This document shows positions 27,145 to 39,159 of a DNA stretch of 64,000 nt, in pieces; within the stretch, counting starts at the first letter, position 1; the number at the start of each line of letters is the position of its first letter. Under the pieces are notes generated by a model that had not been told where the DNA came from, did not search any database, and saw only the letters and a list, made by a program, of their open reading frames with translations. A program made the position numbers and the translations under genes. Source of the DNA: Paraspadella gotoi (taxonomy: Eukaryota > Animalia > Chaetognatha); the NCBI GenBank assembly GCA_051294375.1, contig CM119271.1:13321039-13385038 (forward strand), in the 5' to 3' direction.

Positions 27145-30100
27145 GAAGAAGACATGTCGAACTTGTCCGTCCTCAACAAAGCCTGCGTTCTGCACAATCT
27201 GAGAACGCGTTACGAAGTCTTGCAGATCTACACCTACTCTGGCCTCTTCTGCATCTGTATCAACCCTTACAAGTGGCTCATGGTGTACACTCAGGTCATG
27301 AGAGATTACTACAGGAACAAGAGAAGGAACGAGGCGCCGCCGCATTTGTACGCCATCGCTGACGGGGCCTTGCAATTTCTGGAGATGGGTGAGTCCAAAG
27401 GAACAATGAAATGGAGGTTCGAATAAAGCTTGCTTCAGAAAAACTAATAACAATGAAGTGGAGGTTCGAATAAAGCTTGCTTCAGAAAAACTAATAATGA
27501 AAGACTGTTTATTTTTTTAAAAATGTATTTCAAAGTTTTTTTTTTGACAGTTTTAATTTATTTTGAATTTTAAAAAAATTGTTTGTTTTTTTAATATTTG
27601 TTGACAGTCTTTTTTTTGGCTCCACTAAACTGTATTGATTTTTTAATCTTTGGTTAAACAATTTAGACTGCAATGCATTGTATATTCAAATGAAAATGTG
27701 CAAAAAGTGTGCAAAAAAAATAATATAAACGACTTTTTTAAACCATCTTAATTAAAACATGTATCATTGGACAGAGCACAAGAACCAGTCCTCACTGATC
27801 ACCGGCGAGTCACAATTATATTCCTCAAGATTCGTAAGTTAGTTTTAAAGTATGCCAAAGTGTTGTTTAAAATAGATTACTGAAAATCATCCATTACTCA
27901 ATTTTATAAAAAATCAAATAAACTAAAAAAATTAGTATTTGAAATTTAAATTTAAATGTTCTTTTAAGGAAACTTTCAAAATTAATTTGTTTAACTATTT
28001 CAAAACTATTAAAATATTTAAAATATATCATTTTATTTCAATTTACATATTGTGTACCTTTCTATTTTTTTTCGTTCTCCTAATTTTTATTTGTTTAAAT
28101 TGATATTATTAAACGTTTAAAATCTTCCACACTAGCGGGTAAGTTCACTCAGAATCCATTTCGGCTCCAACATGAAGATCGCCTCAGCCGACACGGAACT
28201 TACCTGCTGAGGAAGTCCCGCATCACATTCCAGCTGGAGATCGAGAGAAACTACCACATCTTCTACCAGCTGATGACCAATGCTTATCCTCAGTACCACG
28301 AGCCATGTGCGGCTAGTCAGAAAAGCCCGACCCGGGCCAGTACTACTTCATCAGCCAGGGTGTGCTGACCGTCGCTGGCATGGACGATGCCGAGGAAATG
28401 AGGGCCACTGACACTGCCCTGGACACTCTAGGCTTTACTCAGGCCGACAAGGACGGCTGCTACAAGGCTTACCATCGCCATCGCCCATCTGGGCAACGCG
28501 AAATGGCGCCAAAAGGGTCGCGAAGAACAAGCAGAGCCCGACGGCATGTGACGAGGTCACTTCTTGCTCCAAGCTGCTCGGCATCGACCCCGACTTCTTC
28601 GTCGACACCTTCATGAAGCCCAAGTTGAAGGTGGGCAAAGATTTCGTGAAAAAAGGTCAAAACGTTGACCAGTGAATTTCTCGGTTTCCGCCACGAGCAA
28701 ATCTCTCTTCGCTCGTTTGTTCGATTGGATCGTCGCGTTGGTCAACGATTCTCTGGACACGCCCAACCCGAGGAAGCATTTCATCGGCGTCTTGGACATT
28801 GCCGGCTTCGAGATCTTGCGATCAACGTCTTGGAGCAGCTCCTCATCAACTACACCAACGAGAGGCTGCAGCAGTTCTTCAACCATCACATGTTCGTCCA
28901 AGAGCAGGAAGAGTACAAGGCGGAAGGCATCCAATGGGCCTTCACATCGACTTTGGCTGATGGANNNNNNNNNNNNNNNNNNNNNNNNNNNNNNNNNNNN
29001 NNNNNNNNNNNNNNNNNNNNNNNNNNNNNNNNNNNNNNNNNNNNNNNNNNNNNNNNNNNNNNNNNNNNNNNNNNNNNNNNNNNNNNNNNNNNNNNNNNNN
29101 NNNNNNNNNNNNNNNNNNNNNNNNNNNNNNNNNNNNNNNNNNNNNNNNNNNNNNNNNNNNNNNNNNNNTCTGGTGAAGACCATCGAGCTGATCGAGAAAA
29201 AGATGGGCGTGCTCTCCATCTTGGAGGAAGAGTGCATCGTCCCCAAAGCCTCCGACAAGACCTTCCTGGAGAAGTTGATGGGGAAACATCTTGGGAAGCA
29301 CGATTCTTTCGTGAAGCCGAAGCCGCCGAAAAAGGGTCAACCCGAGGCCCACTTTGCTCTGTGTCATTACGCCGGCGTTGTTGGATACAACGTTACTGGG
29401 TGGTTGTTTAAGAATAAGGTCAGTTTCAATACTTCTCACGTTTATTCATTCATTTATTCGTTCTCTACTTCTAACGTTCAATTATTCATTCATTCATCAT
29501 TCATTCATTCATTCATTCATTCATTCATTCATCCATTCATTCATTCATTTTTTTATTCATTTAATAATTCTCAACTTCATTCATTCATTCACGACTCACA
29601 TTCATTCATTCATTCATTCATTCACTCATCACTTCATCTTTCAGGACCCCGTGAACGAGGCCGTCGTGAACATGATGCAGTCCGGCTCCAATCAAGTCGT
29701 GGCCCTCGTCTTCACCGAGAAGGACACCGGTGAAAAGAAGAAAGGATCGGCGCTCATGACCATCTCAGCCGCTCACAGAGAATCGCTTCACAAACTCATG
29801 AACAACTTGAACTCGACTCACCCTCACTTCGTCAGGTGAGGTTGGATGGAGCGGGGGGTAAGGTCAAGGGAATAACTAAGTTGGTCAGTGATCTTTGGAT
29901 GTTTTAATGGTGAGTTAGTTTATCGTCGATTTGTGAAGTGAGTTCAAGCGTCTCATTATGAGACATGACGTGACGTGACAAGGGCATTTTAAGACTGTTT
30001 CGTGTCATTTTAGTGAATAGAGTCAAATTTTTTGAGACAAAGTTGGTTCGCGATATAATTTTATCCGCATTCGAAAAGTTTCGTGGTCAAACTCTTTTTG

Positions 30101-30866
30101 TGATGTGAGGATAAGTGTCTTAGGTCGGTAAAGTGACCTACTGAGATAATCGTGGCATAGCTTTGTAAATTTTATTGACCTTTGTTTATTTATCTTTTGC
30201 TTATCGATTGATTTATCGTATTTTAGATGCATCATTCCCAACGAGATCAAAAAATCTGGTCACATCGACGCTCCGCTTGTAATGCATCAACTCACCTGCA
30301 ACGGAGTGCTCGAAGGTAAGTTAATTCGTTTCGAATTATTAGAAGTTGAATGTCAAAGCAGTGTTGTATTACTATTATACGAATGAAATATCAAATGGTT
30401 ATCCAAGAAAGAATGTTTTAAACCATATGTTGTATGTATGCATCTTCTATATCCTTTCCCCAATATGAAATGTAGCTTAAATTAATTTGTATACTTATTT
30501 GTAATTGTTAAAAAATAAAAAAGTCTTATTGGTAATAATATTTTAAAATTTTTACCAATTTTTGTTCAAAAACCTTTAAACGCCTTCAATTTCACACAAT
30601 GTCCGTACATGTACGGCGTACACGTCTCACCATGTCTCACCATGTCCCCACCTTCAGGCATCCGCATCTGCATGTTGGGTCTGCCCAACAAGGTGCCCTA
30701 CTCCGACTTCATGGCGCGCTATTCCATCGTCGCCCCCAAGATCTTCGCCGACATGAAGGACGACCCCAAAGGGTGTGCCAATAAGGCTTTGCCCGCCTCG
30801 GGTCTCGACCCCGATGATTTCAGGACAGGGCACACTAAGGTTTGAATTCTTGTCTTTGTTTCTGTC

Positions 30867-30906
<40 letters not shown>

Positions 30907-30951
30907 TTCTTAATTTCTTTCCTCTCTCTCTCTTCTTTCTTGTTTGCTCCT

Positions 30952-31034
<83 letters not shown>

Positions 31035-31063
31035 TTTCTTAATTTCTCTCTGTCTCTCTCTTT

Positions 31064-31122
<59 letters not shown>

Positions 31123-32472
31123 TCCCTTCTCTCTCTCACCTCCCCAACCCACCGCACAGGTGATGTTCCGCGCGGGTCGCCTCTCCAAGCTGGAGGAGAT
31201 CCGCGAGAGCGCCCTCTCCGTCATCGTCCTCAAGATGCAGGCGCACATCCGCAAGTGTCTCGTCAGCGTCACCTACAAGGGGAAGATCGCGGAGAAGAAG
31301 GCCATCTTCTCCATTCAGAACAACATCAGGAATTATTACAGATGCAAGAACTGGCCATGGTGAGCGTTAATAAAAGATCGACCAATCAAACTAATAATCA
31401 ATCATGCGAAGAACTGATCAATCAAAAAAAACAATCATTGAAACAGCCATTCAATAAATCGACCGATTGAAGCTTTTTTTTTATGCAATAACAAATAACA
31501 AATAAATCAGAAAATCAATTCAATAATCTATTGGCCAATCAATCTATTCTTCAACCAATAAATAAATTAAATTAAGCCAACAATTGATAAATCAATCAAC
31601 CGGTCAATCAATCACTCGAATTATTATCTATAAATCAATTGTTGGAATCTCTGCACAACCGACCATTTGATTATTCAACAGTTGGATCGTTAAATGATTC
31701 AAACAACCAATCAATTAGCAAATCTATCTGTTAAACCGAAAATCAATCAACAATCATTTAAACAATCAACCTTATCGCTCAATTTCTTAAATTCTTAATC
31801 AATCATGCGAAAAAACTGAGCAATCAATCAAACAATCGTTGAAACAGCCATTCAATAAATCGACTGATTGCTCTTTTTATTCATTCAATAACGATTCGTC
31901 AGTCAATCGCTAATTAAATCGGTCAATCGGTAGACTCAATCGACCAATCAATCAATCACAATCTAGGTACCAGTTCTACATGCTGGTCGTCTCGGAATCG
32001 GCAAAGATTCGCAAGAAGAAGGAGGAAGAAGAGAGACGCGCGATGATGGCCGCCGGGTTGGAGAAGCTCAAGGCTTTCTTGGAGGAGAAGGTCAGGGAGA
32101 GGGAGAAGGTGCAGAAGGTCAACGACGGACTCAAGAGGGTGAGTTAAGAGCGGGGAAGGTCGTGGGTAAGATCGTTGTGTTGTTGTCCATCTGGCGAGGA
32201 GGTGGAATTAGCGATGCGTGGCGCTAAAATTGGATTAATATTATTCGATTCCAAAGCGAAATGGAATTGTTTTTTAAAAAAATTCAGTCAATGAAAGTAA
32301 AAACGAGAGAGGTTTGTGTATAAATACTTAAATGAATCGTAAGTAATTCGAGTATCCACAATGATGTAATTCGTTTAGAGTTCTTCCCAAATGCTGCAAT
32401 ATGCAAATTAGAATGAGTTGCAAGGTTAAATATTACTTCATCTCCTTTCAGGATTGAATGATGAATATCTAC

Positions 32473-32519
<47 letters not shown>

Positions 32520-33552
32520 CCTTCTCCTCCTCTTCCTCCTCCACCTTTTCCAGAAAGCCGCCTCCATCCGCGAGGAGCACGCCCGCGAGGCTCAAGTCAG
32601 CGGCGCCATCGCCACCGACATCAAATCCTTGGACACGAAGGCCGCCAACGCCGCCGTCGCCCTCACGGATCTCGAGCGGACCATCGTGGCGGAGAGGAAC
32701 AAGTTGACGAGCGAGTTGAAGCACGCCAAGGAGGTCATGAGTCAGGACAAGGTCAACATGCAGAAGGAGTTGGCCGACATGAAGGACAAAGTGGCGCAGG
32801 CTTCCGGAGGTAAGGGGAATGGATGGATGGATGGATGGATGGATGGATGGATGGATGGATGGATGGATGGATGGATGGATGGATGGATGGATGGATGAAG
32901 GAATTAATTAATGAATGAATGAATCAATGAATGTATAAAATATTAATGAATAAATAGATAAACTAATGAATCAATCAATCAATCCATCAATCATTCAATG
33001 ACTGAAAGAATTAATTAATGAATGATTGAATAATTGAATAAATATATGAAGTAACAAACGACTCCATTATAGAATTTTAAAATTATAAAACATAGTAGTT
33101 TAACAGTTGGGTTTTCTTTCCTTGGGGCTACAGTGTGCTCCTGTGTAGTACAAAGAATCACATTGTCTTTAACGTCTGAACGACGATTACAATGAGCGAC
33201 TTGATTGTAATATACTTCGCTTTTCTGATGTCATTTAATTTTAAAATTAAAATGTACGACAATGACGGAAGATTCCAAAGCACGAATTTCTTGACAACCA
33301 CTCAAACTTCCACATCTTCCAAAAAAACCAGGCTACACCGGATTGAAGAACCGCGCCATCTCGGCCGAGGCTGACAAGTTGAAGGGCGAGATCTTCTACG
33401 ATCGGCTGAAGATTGATAACTCGTTTGGACAAAGCGGCCACGAGCTTTTGAGGGAGAAGCACGAAATGTGGCAATCCATCTCCGTGAGTAAAACAAAACT
33501 GTTTTGATTTTTTTGGTTTTTTTGTTTTGTTTGGAATCGGTGTGGTGAAGAC

Positions 33553-33602
<50 letters not shown>

Positions 33603-33615
33603 CTCCTCTCTCTGG

Positions 33616-33649
<34 letters not shown>

Positions 33650-33708
33650 CTCTCCCTCTTTGTCTTTATCTATCTTTCTTTCTTTTTGAGCTTGCGATCT
33701 GTCTTCTT

Positions 33709-33751
<43 letters not shown>

Positions 33752-33785
33752 CTCTCTCTCTCTTTTTTTCTCTCTCTCTGCTCTC

Positions 33786-33828
<43 letters not shown>

Positions 33829-33992
33829 TCTCTCTCTCTCTCTCTCTCCATTTCGTTCAATTTCACAACTCAAAACCATAATCGTTCTCGGTCAGAGAGA
33901 GATAGAGCGAGAGAGCGAGACAATCGTTCCAGCCACACCGGCTAATTGTTCTTTACAAAAAGCATGCTCGGCTAAACTCTGGCTTCAGATTT

Positions 33993-34023
<31 letters not shown>

Positions 34024-37000
34024 AAAAAAAGCAAAAAAAAAAAGCGAGAAGAAAGACTGTGAGGAGAGACGACGGTTTTTTGTGTCCAGGCAATTAGGCT
34101 TCCCCCGCCTCCACCTTATTCTGATGGAGATTTGAGATTCTATTGAATAACAAAAAAAAATATATATCTCAGCTAAGTGAGTGTTGACTATATTTGCCCT
34201 TTTTAAAAAAAAGGTTGTTTTTGGAAATACATTTTTCTAGTATTATTAAAAATAAACAAAATATTCTTACTTAAATTCTTAATCCAGGACATTCAGCTTC
34301 CTCCTCCCCCGCCGTATCTTGACGAAGAAATTTATAATTATCTCCGTTACTGATCGCAACTTGAGTTAAAATCGAATGCAATCACTAATTAACCGATTGC
34401 AACTTCGATTTTTTTTTTGGGCATTTTAGGTAAAAATGTAATAATCTTTCGAGATGCGGTTCGCTCTATTTTTCTACCCATTTTTTTTTTCAGAACTAAA
34501 GATAGAATTCTTAATAACAAAACTTTAAAATTCAACACTTGCTTAGTTTTGAGAAATTAAATTAAATTGTTTTTTTAAAAAAGAAAGAAGCCGTTATTAT
34601 TTCCAGAGGCAACGACACATTTTTTTTTGTGATACTGCATTCTATGCTTGGTTCTCAAAATCCACCTGTGTTTTGTTTTTTTTTCTCTCTAACGTTACAA
34701 TAGCAAAAATAAAAAAGATATATTCACCCTTAACAAATCGCTATAAAAAAATTAAAAGGAAAAAAAAAAACTGCATGTATTTCTCAAATTTCTTTCTTTC
34801 CGATTGAGACCATATCCAGAATGCTTGGTCCGGCCGTAATATTTCTGAATTCTGAAGTTAACAGCATCTAAAAAAAATAAAGGGGGGTGTTAAGATCGGA
34901 ACCAGGCATAGTATGTAAATAAAAAAAAACCTAAGAATATAACAATATAAATATTAATAATTAAATTGACAGTTCTACCGTCGTCAGTTGGATTCAACTC
35001 GAGCTCCAACTTCTCTGCCCTTTTAAAAAAACAACAAAACACAATCATTTTGACTCTCAAAACAAAAAAAAACAAAACAAACAAAAAAACGCAACCACGA
35101 AAACGAAACTTGCCTTCTCCAAACAAAAAAAAACACTCTCCAACCTTTGATCTTTATCCTGATATTTATCGCCCAAAATGTTCAGTTTAACAAACAATGT
35201 CGATGGATGCACGAAAGATACTTGGCAGCCATAATTGAGGGCTAGGTGAGAGACAGAGACAAAGAGAGAGAGAGAGAGAAGAAAAGATACTTTCTCTCTT
35301 TTGTTCGTGTTTTTTTTTTCAAAAATACATTCTTGACGTGATAAAATTAGTTATTGGTTTGAATCAGAATTCAGGTTTATGCTAAAAACCCGTTCGTTCT
35401 TTCTGGATATGCTCTCTCGACAGAATATTAACAAAAAAAAAACATTAACCACTTTTAAATTACTCATTATATCCCATAACTTATAACAATGTCGATTTGT
35501 TACGCGGTTTAAGATAAACCTGATTTACTGATCATCATTTTTTCTTCATACTAAAAAACTTTGAAACGTACAAAAGATATTTTTTTCTTTATTAAAAAGA
35601 AAATATCGTTTGTGTTTGCCAAATTTTGCCAAAAACGTGACAAGCATGTTTGCCGTATCACAAGATTCGTATCACAGTTGATTCGCTTTAAAACTTATCT
35701 ATTGTAAAATGTAATCGTTTTTCTTCGTTGTCTTGAAGTGACTTGTGAAAAAGAAAACTAAAAAGGTCGCCCTGTGAAAAACTTATCACATCTTTTGTTT
35801 GCAGGAATTACAATCGACCATCACATCTGAGCTCATGAGGGCGGCTCGTCTTCAGCAGGAGGGAGTAGAAGTGAGTCTTTGTTTTTTATATTTTGATAAT
35901 TGTTAGTAAACTGTCTCAAATCAAATTTAAATATACATTATTAATGCAAAATTAGTGATGCTATTTCTCATAACAGCTTCTTCACATTTAGGTTTCTTCT
36001 GCTGAGGAGGGCGCCTTACTGAAGCTTTATTATAAGGTGAGGAATTGTTTAGTGTATCTATTTTACTGAAGAGTGAATAACATTGCGTATTTGCGTTTAA
36101 AATGAAAATTATTATTATTTATAATTATTATTATTATTATTATTATTATTATTTATTGACTTGCATGGACAAAATAAAGAAAAGTTTACCTTTACAGAAC
36201 CCAGGGAGTTAACCATTTACAAACATTTTGTCTAATAACTGTTTTTAAAAAATGTGTCAACGCGACAAAGAATAGTCCACCTTCTTAATCGTGATATTAG
36301 TGAAACCAAATACAAACCATAACACTGCTATATGCAAATTAGCTTAAGGGTCATTTCGTAAATCGACGATTGTCAAATCAAAAGTCAAGACGCATTTGGA
36401 TTTAAATATCAAAGATTAAACCACAAAATGACTTTAGTTTCTTATCAAATTTCCAAGAAATTAAACTATACAGTAGGGTAGAGAGATGAAAAGATTGAGC
36501 GATTGAACATAAGTTTTTTGCTGCTTATGGACATGTAATTAATGAATTTTAAATCTTTTAAAAATTTTTGTAAGCATAGCAGTATAGTAAATTAAATTAT
36601 TTATGTAGTAATATCCTTATAAAATCATAAAATTTCAAAATAATTTTTTTTTAAACAGATTTTTAAACAAAACTAAAACTTTTATAATGTTTAGACCACA
36701 AAAAATGATTAAAACCTTTTAACATATATAAGTTTTTACTACAGATAATTTTTACCTTTTTCCTCATTTTAAATGCTGAAGATAACATAATTTTTGATAA
36801 CATATTTTATATTTTTGATTTAACATTTTATGAAGAATCTGAATCTTTATTAAAAGTTTTTAAAAAAATATTTTTAAAATTTATTATTTTATAAGAATAT
36901 TACTATAAATATATTGTATTTTACTATTTTGTTCCCGAGACAATATGAACAAAATATTTTTTATACTAGTTAATCATGCTATCTCACGTCTAAATATCCT

Positions 37001-37116
37001 TGTTTGATCATTCAAATAATTTTTTTATTCTTGAGTGCTCCACTCTACTATACGGTATGTCTCTTTTTTTACAGATGCAACATTACGTCAACTACAGATT
37101 GGCCAGATATCGTTAA
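27145..37116 (+). CDS. Myosin II heavy chain-like, short-tailed: motor, 2 IQ, ~245-aa coiled-coil tail. Exons 27145-27388, 27775-27833 (internally deleted here), ~28138-29418, 29645-29835, 30227-30315, 30658-30839, 31160-31359, 31967-32138, 32554-32809, 33332-33483, 35805-35870, 35992-36036, 37075-37116
   Basis: Motifs [91 protein letters not shown]; GT-AG junctions phase-compatible from 29645 onward; TAA at 37114-37116 followed by AATAAA (~37192, ~37202); some indels in the large motor exon. Confidence 0.88.
28965..29168. other. Assembly gap (~204 N) inside the motor exon; true size about 0
   Basis: Flanks read IDFGMD / [10 protein letters not shown], which are contiguous in the inverted copy at ~15870-15910. 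Confidence 0.85.
29464..29630 (+). repeat. Imperfect (TTCA)n microsatellite in a myosin intron
   Basis: Repeated ATTC units. Confidence 0.9.
32818..32897 (+). repeat. (GGAT)n microsatellite in a myosin intron (also at ~1608-1699)
   Basis: Direct tandem GGAT units. Confidence 0.95.
33896..33994 (+). CDS. Candidate alternative terminal exon A of myosin ([32 protein letters not shown])
   Basis: CAG acceptor after a long (CT)n tract, phase 0 matching the donor at 33484, stop followed by an A-rich tract. Confidence 0.5.
34090..34146 (+). CDS. Candidate alternative terminal exon B of myosin ([18 protein letters not shown])
   Basis: TTTTTTGTGTCCAG acceptor, phase 0, TGA then A-run; paralogous to exon C. 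Confidence 0.6.
   Translation, partial: AIRLPPPPPYSDGDLRFY
34288..34353 (+). CDS. Candidate alternative terminal exon C of myosin ([21 protein letters not shown])
   Basis: TTCTTAATCCAG acceptor, phase 0; shares I.LPPPPPY with exon B through synonymous codon differences. Confidence 0.6.
   Translation, partial: DIQLPPPPPYLDEEIYNYLRY
34973..35026 (+). CDS. Candidate alternative terminal exon D of myosin ([17 protein letters not shown])
   Basis: TTGACAG acceptor, phase 0, GC-richer island ending in TAA plus an A-rich tract. Confidence 0.45.
   Translation, partial: FYRRQLDSTRAPTSLPF
35186..35245 (+). CDS. Candidate alternative exon E of myosin ([19 protein letters not shown])
   Basis: TTCAG acceptor, phase 0, TAG immediately followed by a GTGAG donor-like site. 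Confidence 0.45.
   Translation, partial: FNKQCRWMHERYLAAIIEG
35375..35431 (+). CDS. Candidate alternative terminal exon F of myosin ([18 protein letters not shown])
   Basis: TTCAG acceptor, phase 0, TAA followed by an A-run. Confidence 0.45.
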   Translation, partial: VYAKNPFVLSGYALSTEY

Positions 37117-38198
37117 AACCGTTTAAAACCGACCGGTTCGAAATTTTTAAAAAAAAATGTATAAATTGGGAAAGATTTGGGGACAAAAATTAATAAACAA
37201 AAATAAACAAAAAAGACAACAACAACGACAAATGGGCGAAAATAAAGAAAAACCTGCGCGCGCAACACGGAAAAAAAAAGTAAATGGGATTATTTTGTAA
37301 TTTAATTATTTTTAAAATTAAAAAAAAAAAAAGAAATTGCACAATGATCTCATGACTGTTTTATTATTTTTTACAAACGCTGGACTCTGATATAAAATAA
37401 AATACTACGTACTGCAGTTGCCACTTGAAATTGAATCGCATTATTATTAATTTTTTTTTTATTTATCTAAAAAAAAAAAACATTCGCGTACTTTTTGTAT
37501 TGATTATTATTTAAACGCGAAGCAGATTGTACTGATTTTTTATCTACTTCTCTGTAATGTTTATTATCTAAATCGACGCTGCCAACCCCCTTGTATTAAT
37601 TAATTATCTAATAAGCGTTTCTTATTGTCGTCATCGATGGTTCATTTTTTTTTCCACTCGTTTCTTCGTTAAAAAAAAATTTAACAAGATTTAAGCGCAA
37701 AGTATCATAGTCTTTGTTTTATTTTATAGGCTGAGAGTAGTAAATGGAATTTAACAGTTTGAAGCCAGTTAGATTTTTCCTGAATATTGTCATTAAACAA
37801 TGCAATTTTTCACCGAATTAATAAATAGTTCCTGCTATTTTGTTTTCTCAAAATAACCAGCTTAAGCTGAAGCGACTCTAGCGTTATTTGATGAAACCAT
37901 GTGAAATAACAGAAGACAATATTTTATGAAAACTTTATTGAAATTGAATTAAATTGAAATTGAATAAAATAAAAACAAAAGATATATAAAATAAGATTTA
38001 TTTGTAATTAATACGTTTTTAATGATACTTACATAGGAACTACCATAAAGTTTAAATAATTTCTTTCGATTTAATATTTCTAAACTTGCGCGCGTTAAAA
38101 TTTCTCTTTAGTTAATTTTTGAAAAAATGAACATCGTCTACCATAAACGCGTCGCTGTCGCCATCTATCTTTTCGAATTTTTCAGAAATTTTCAAGTC

Positions 38199-38727
38199 AT
38201 GAGTTCTGAGCTTCCGTTCGATTGCGTCTCACCGGTGAGCGTCACGTGACCATGTGTGAAATTTATCACTGAGCCTCTCAGATTGACATTTTATGTTCGT
38301 TCGTTCGTTCGTTCGTTCGTTCGTTCGTTCGTTCGTTCGTTCGTTCGTTCGTTCGTTCGTTCGTTCGTTCGTTCGTTCGTTCGTTCGTTCGTTCGTTCGT
38401 TCGTTCGTTCGTTCGTTCGTTCGTTCGTTCGTTCGTTCGTTCGTTCGTTCACTCCTTAATTCACTCAAGTTTAACTTGTCTTTTTTTCCCCCGCGACAGC
38501 CGTCGGACACTGGACCCTACCAATGCCGGAGCAGCGCCTTCTGGTGTCTTCATTGCGTCTCCCAAGACGCAAAGTGGCAATGTCACGCCAACGTCATTCT
38601 TGAGGCGCTGAATCGACAATACGAATGCTGCTACGGTCACGGTATCGGGCGATGCTGCACTCTTTTTGGAATGGTTGTTCTCTTGACATATATATACATA
38701 ATATTACATATAGTAGTTGGCCTATAG
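38199..38727 (+). CDS. Small Cys-rich protein (~87 aa) with a C-terminal hydrophobic segment; exons 38199-38234 and 38500-38727
   Basis: ATG..MSSELPFDCVSP|GTGAGC donor; pyrimidine tract plus CAG acceptor at 38499; in-phase PSDTGPYQCRSSAFWCLHCVSQDAKWQCH...YECCYGHGIGRCCTLFGMVVLLTYIYIILHIVVGL*. Confidence 0.55.
38295..38450 (+). repeat. Perfect (GTTC)n microsatellite, ~39 units, intronic
   Basis: Uninterrupted GTTC repeats. Confidence 0.97.
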
Positions 38728-39159
38728 TTCTGGTAAACGTTCAAGGTCTTTAAATAGCTCAGAATAGAAAGAAGAAGACGACGAAAACGACGACTATGAC
38801 GACGACGATAGCAACGAATGCGATTTTTGCCAAAAACCAAATTTTATTTTTCCTCCATTAAATTTCCCGACAAAATCAAGATTCGTATCTCTGCACTAAA
38901 CATGGGCTGAATCAAACGACGGAACTTTTCAATCACGCCATCTATAACCAGGTGGAATTTACGTGCGCGACGTCCAAAACAAAAGGTCAATCATTTGTTG
39001 TTTTTTTTTAAATTCAACGAGATATAAATTATTTTAAATTAACAAAAATGATTGTAATATTTAATAGTAATTATAACCAAGGACTGACACTACAGGTCGG
39101 AAGTTAAGGCGTTCAGTGAGCTGAATACTATTGCTGATAGCATTCGTATCTTCTTTGCC

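Noticed and set aside
34607-34860. Two further candidate terminal exons (after CAG at ~34606 and ~34819)
   Set aside because: Reading frames differ between the duplicate copies and run through homopolymers, so they cannot be supported
38229-38510. ORFs with ERTN or FVRS repeats
   Set aside because: Artefact of the (GTTC)n microsatellite
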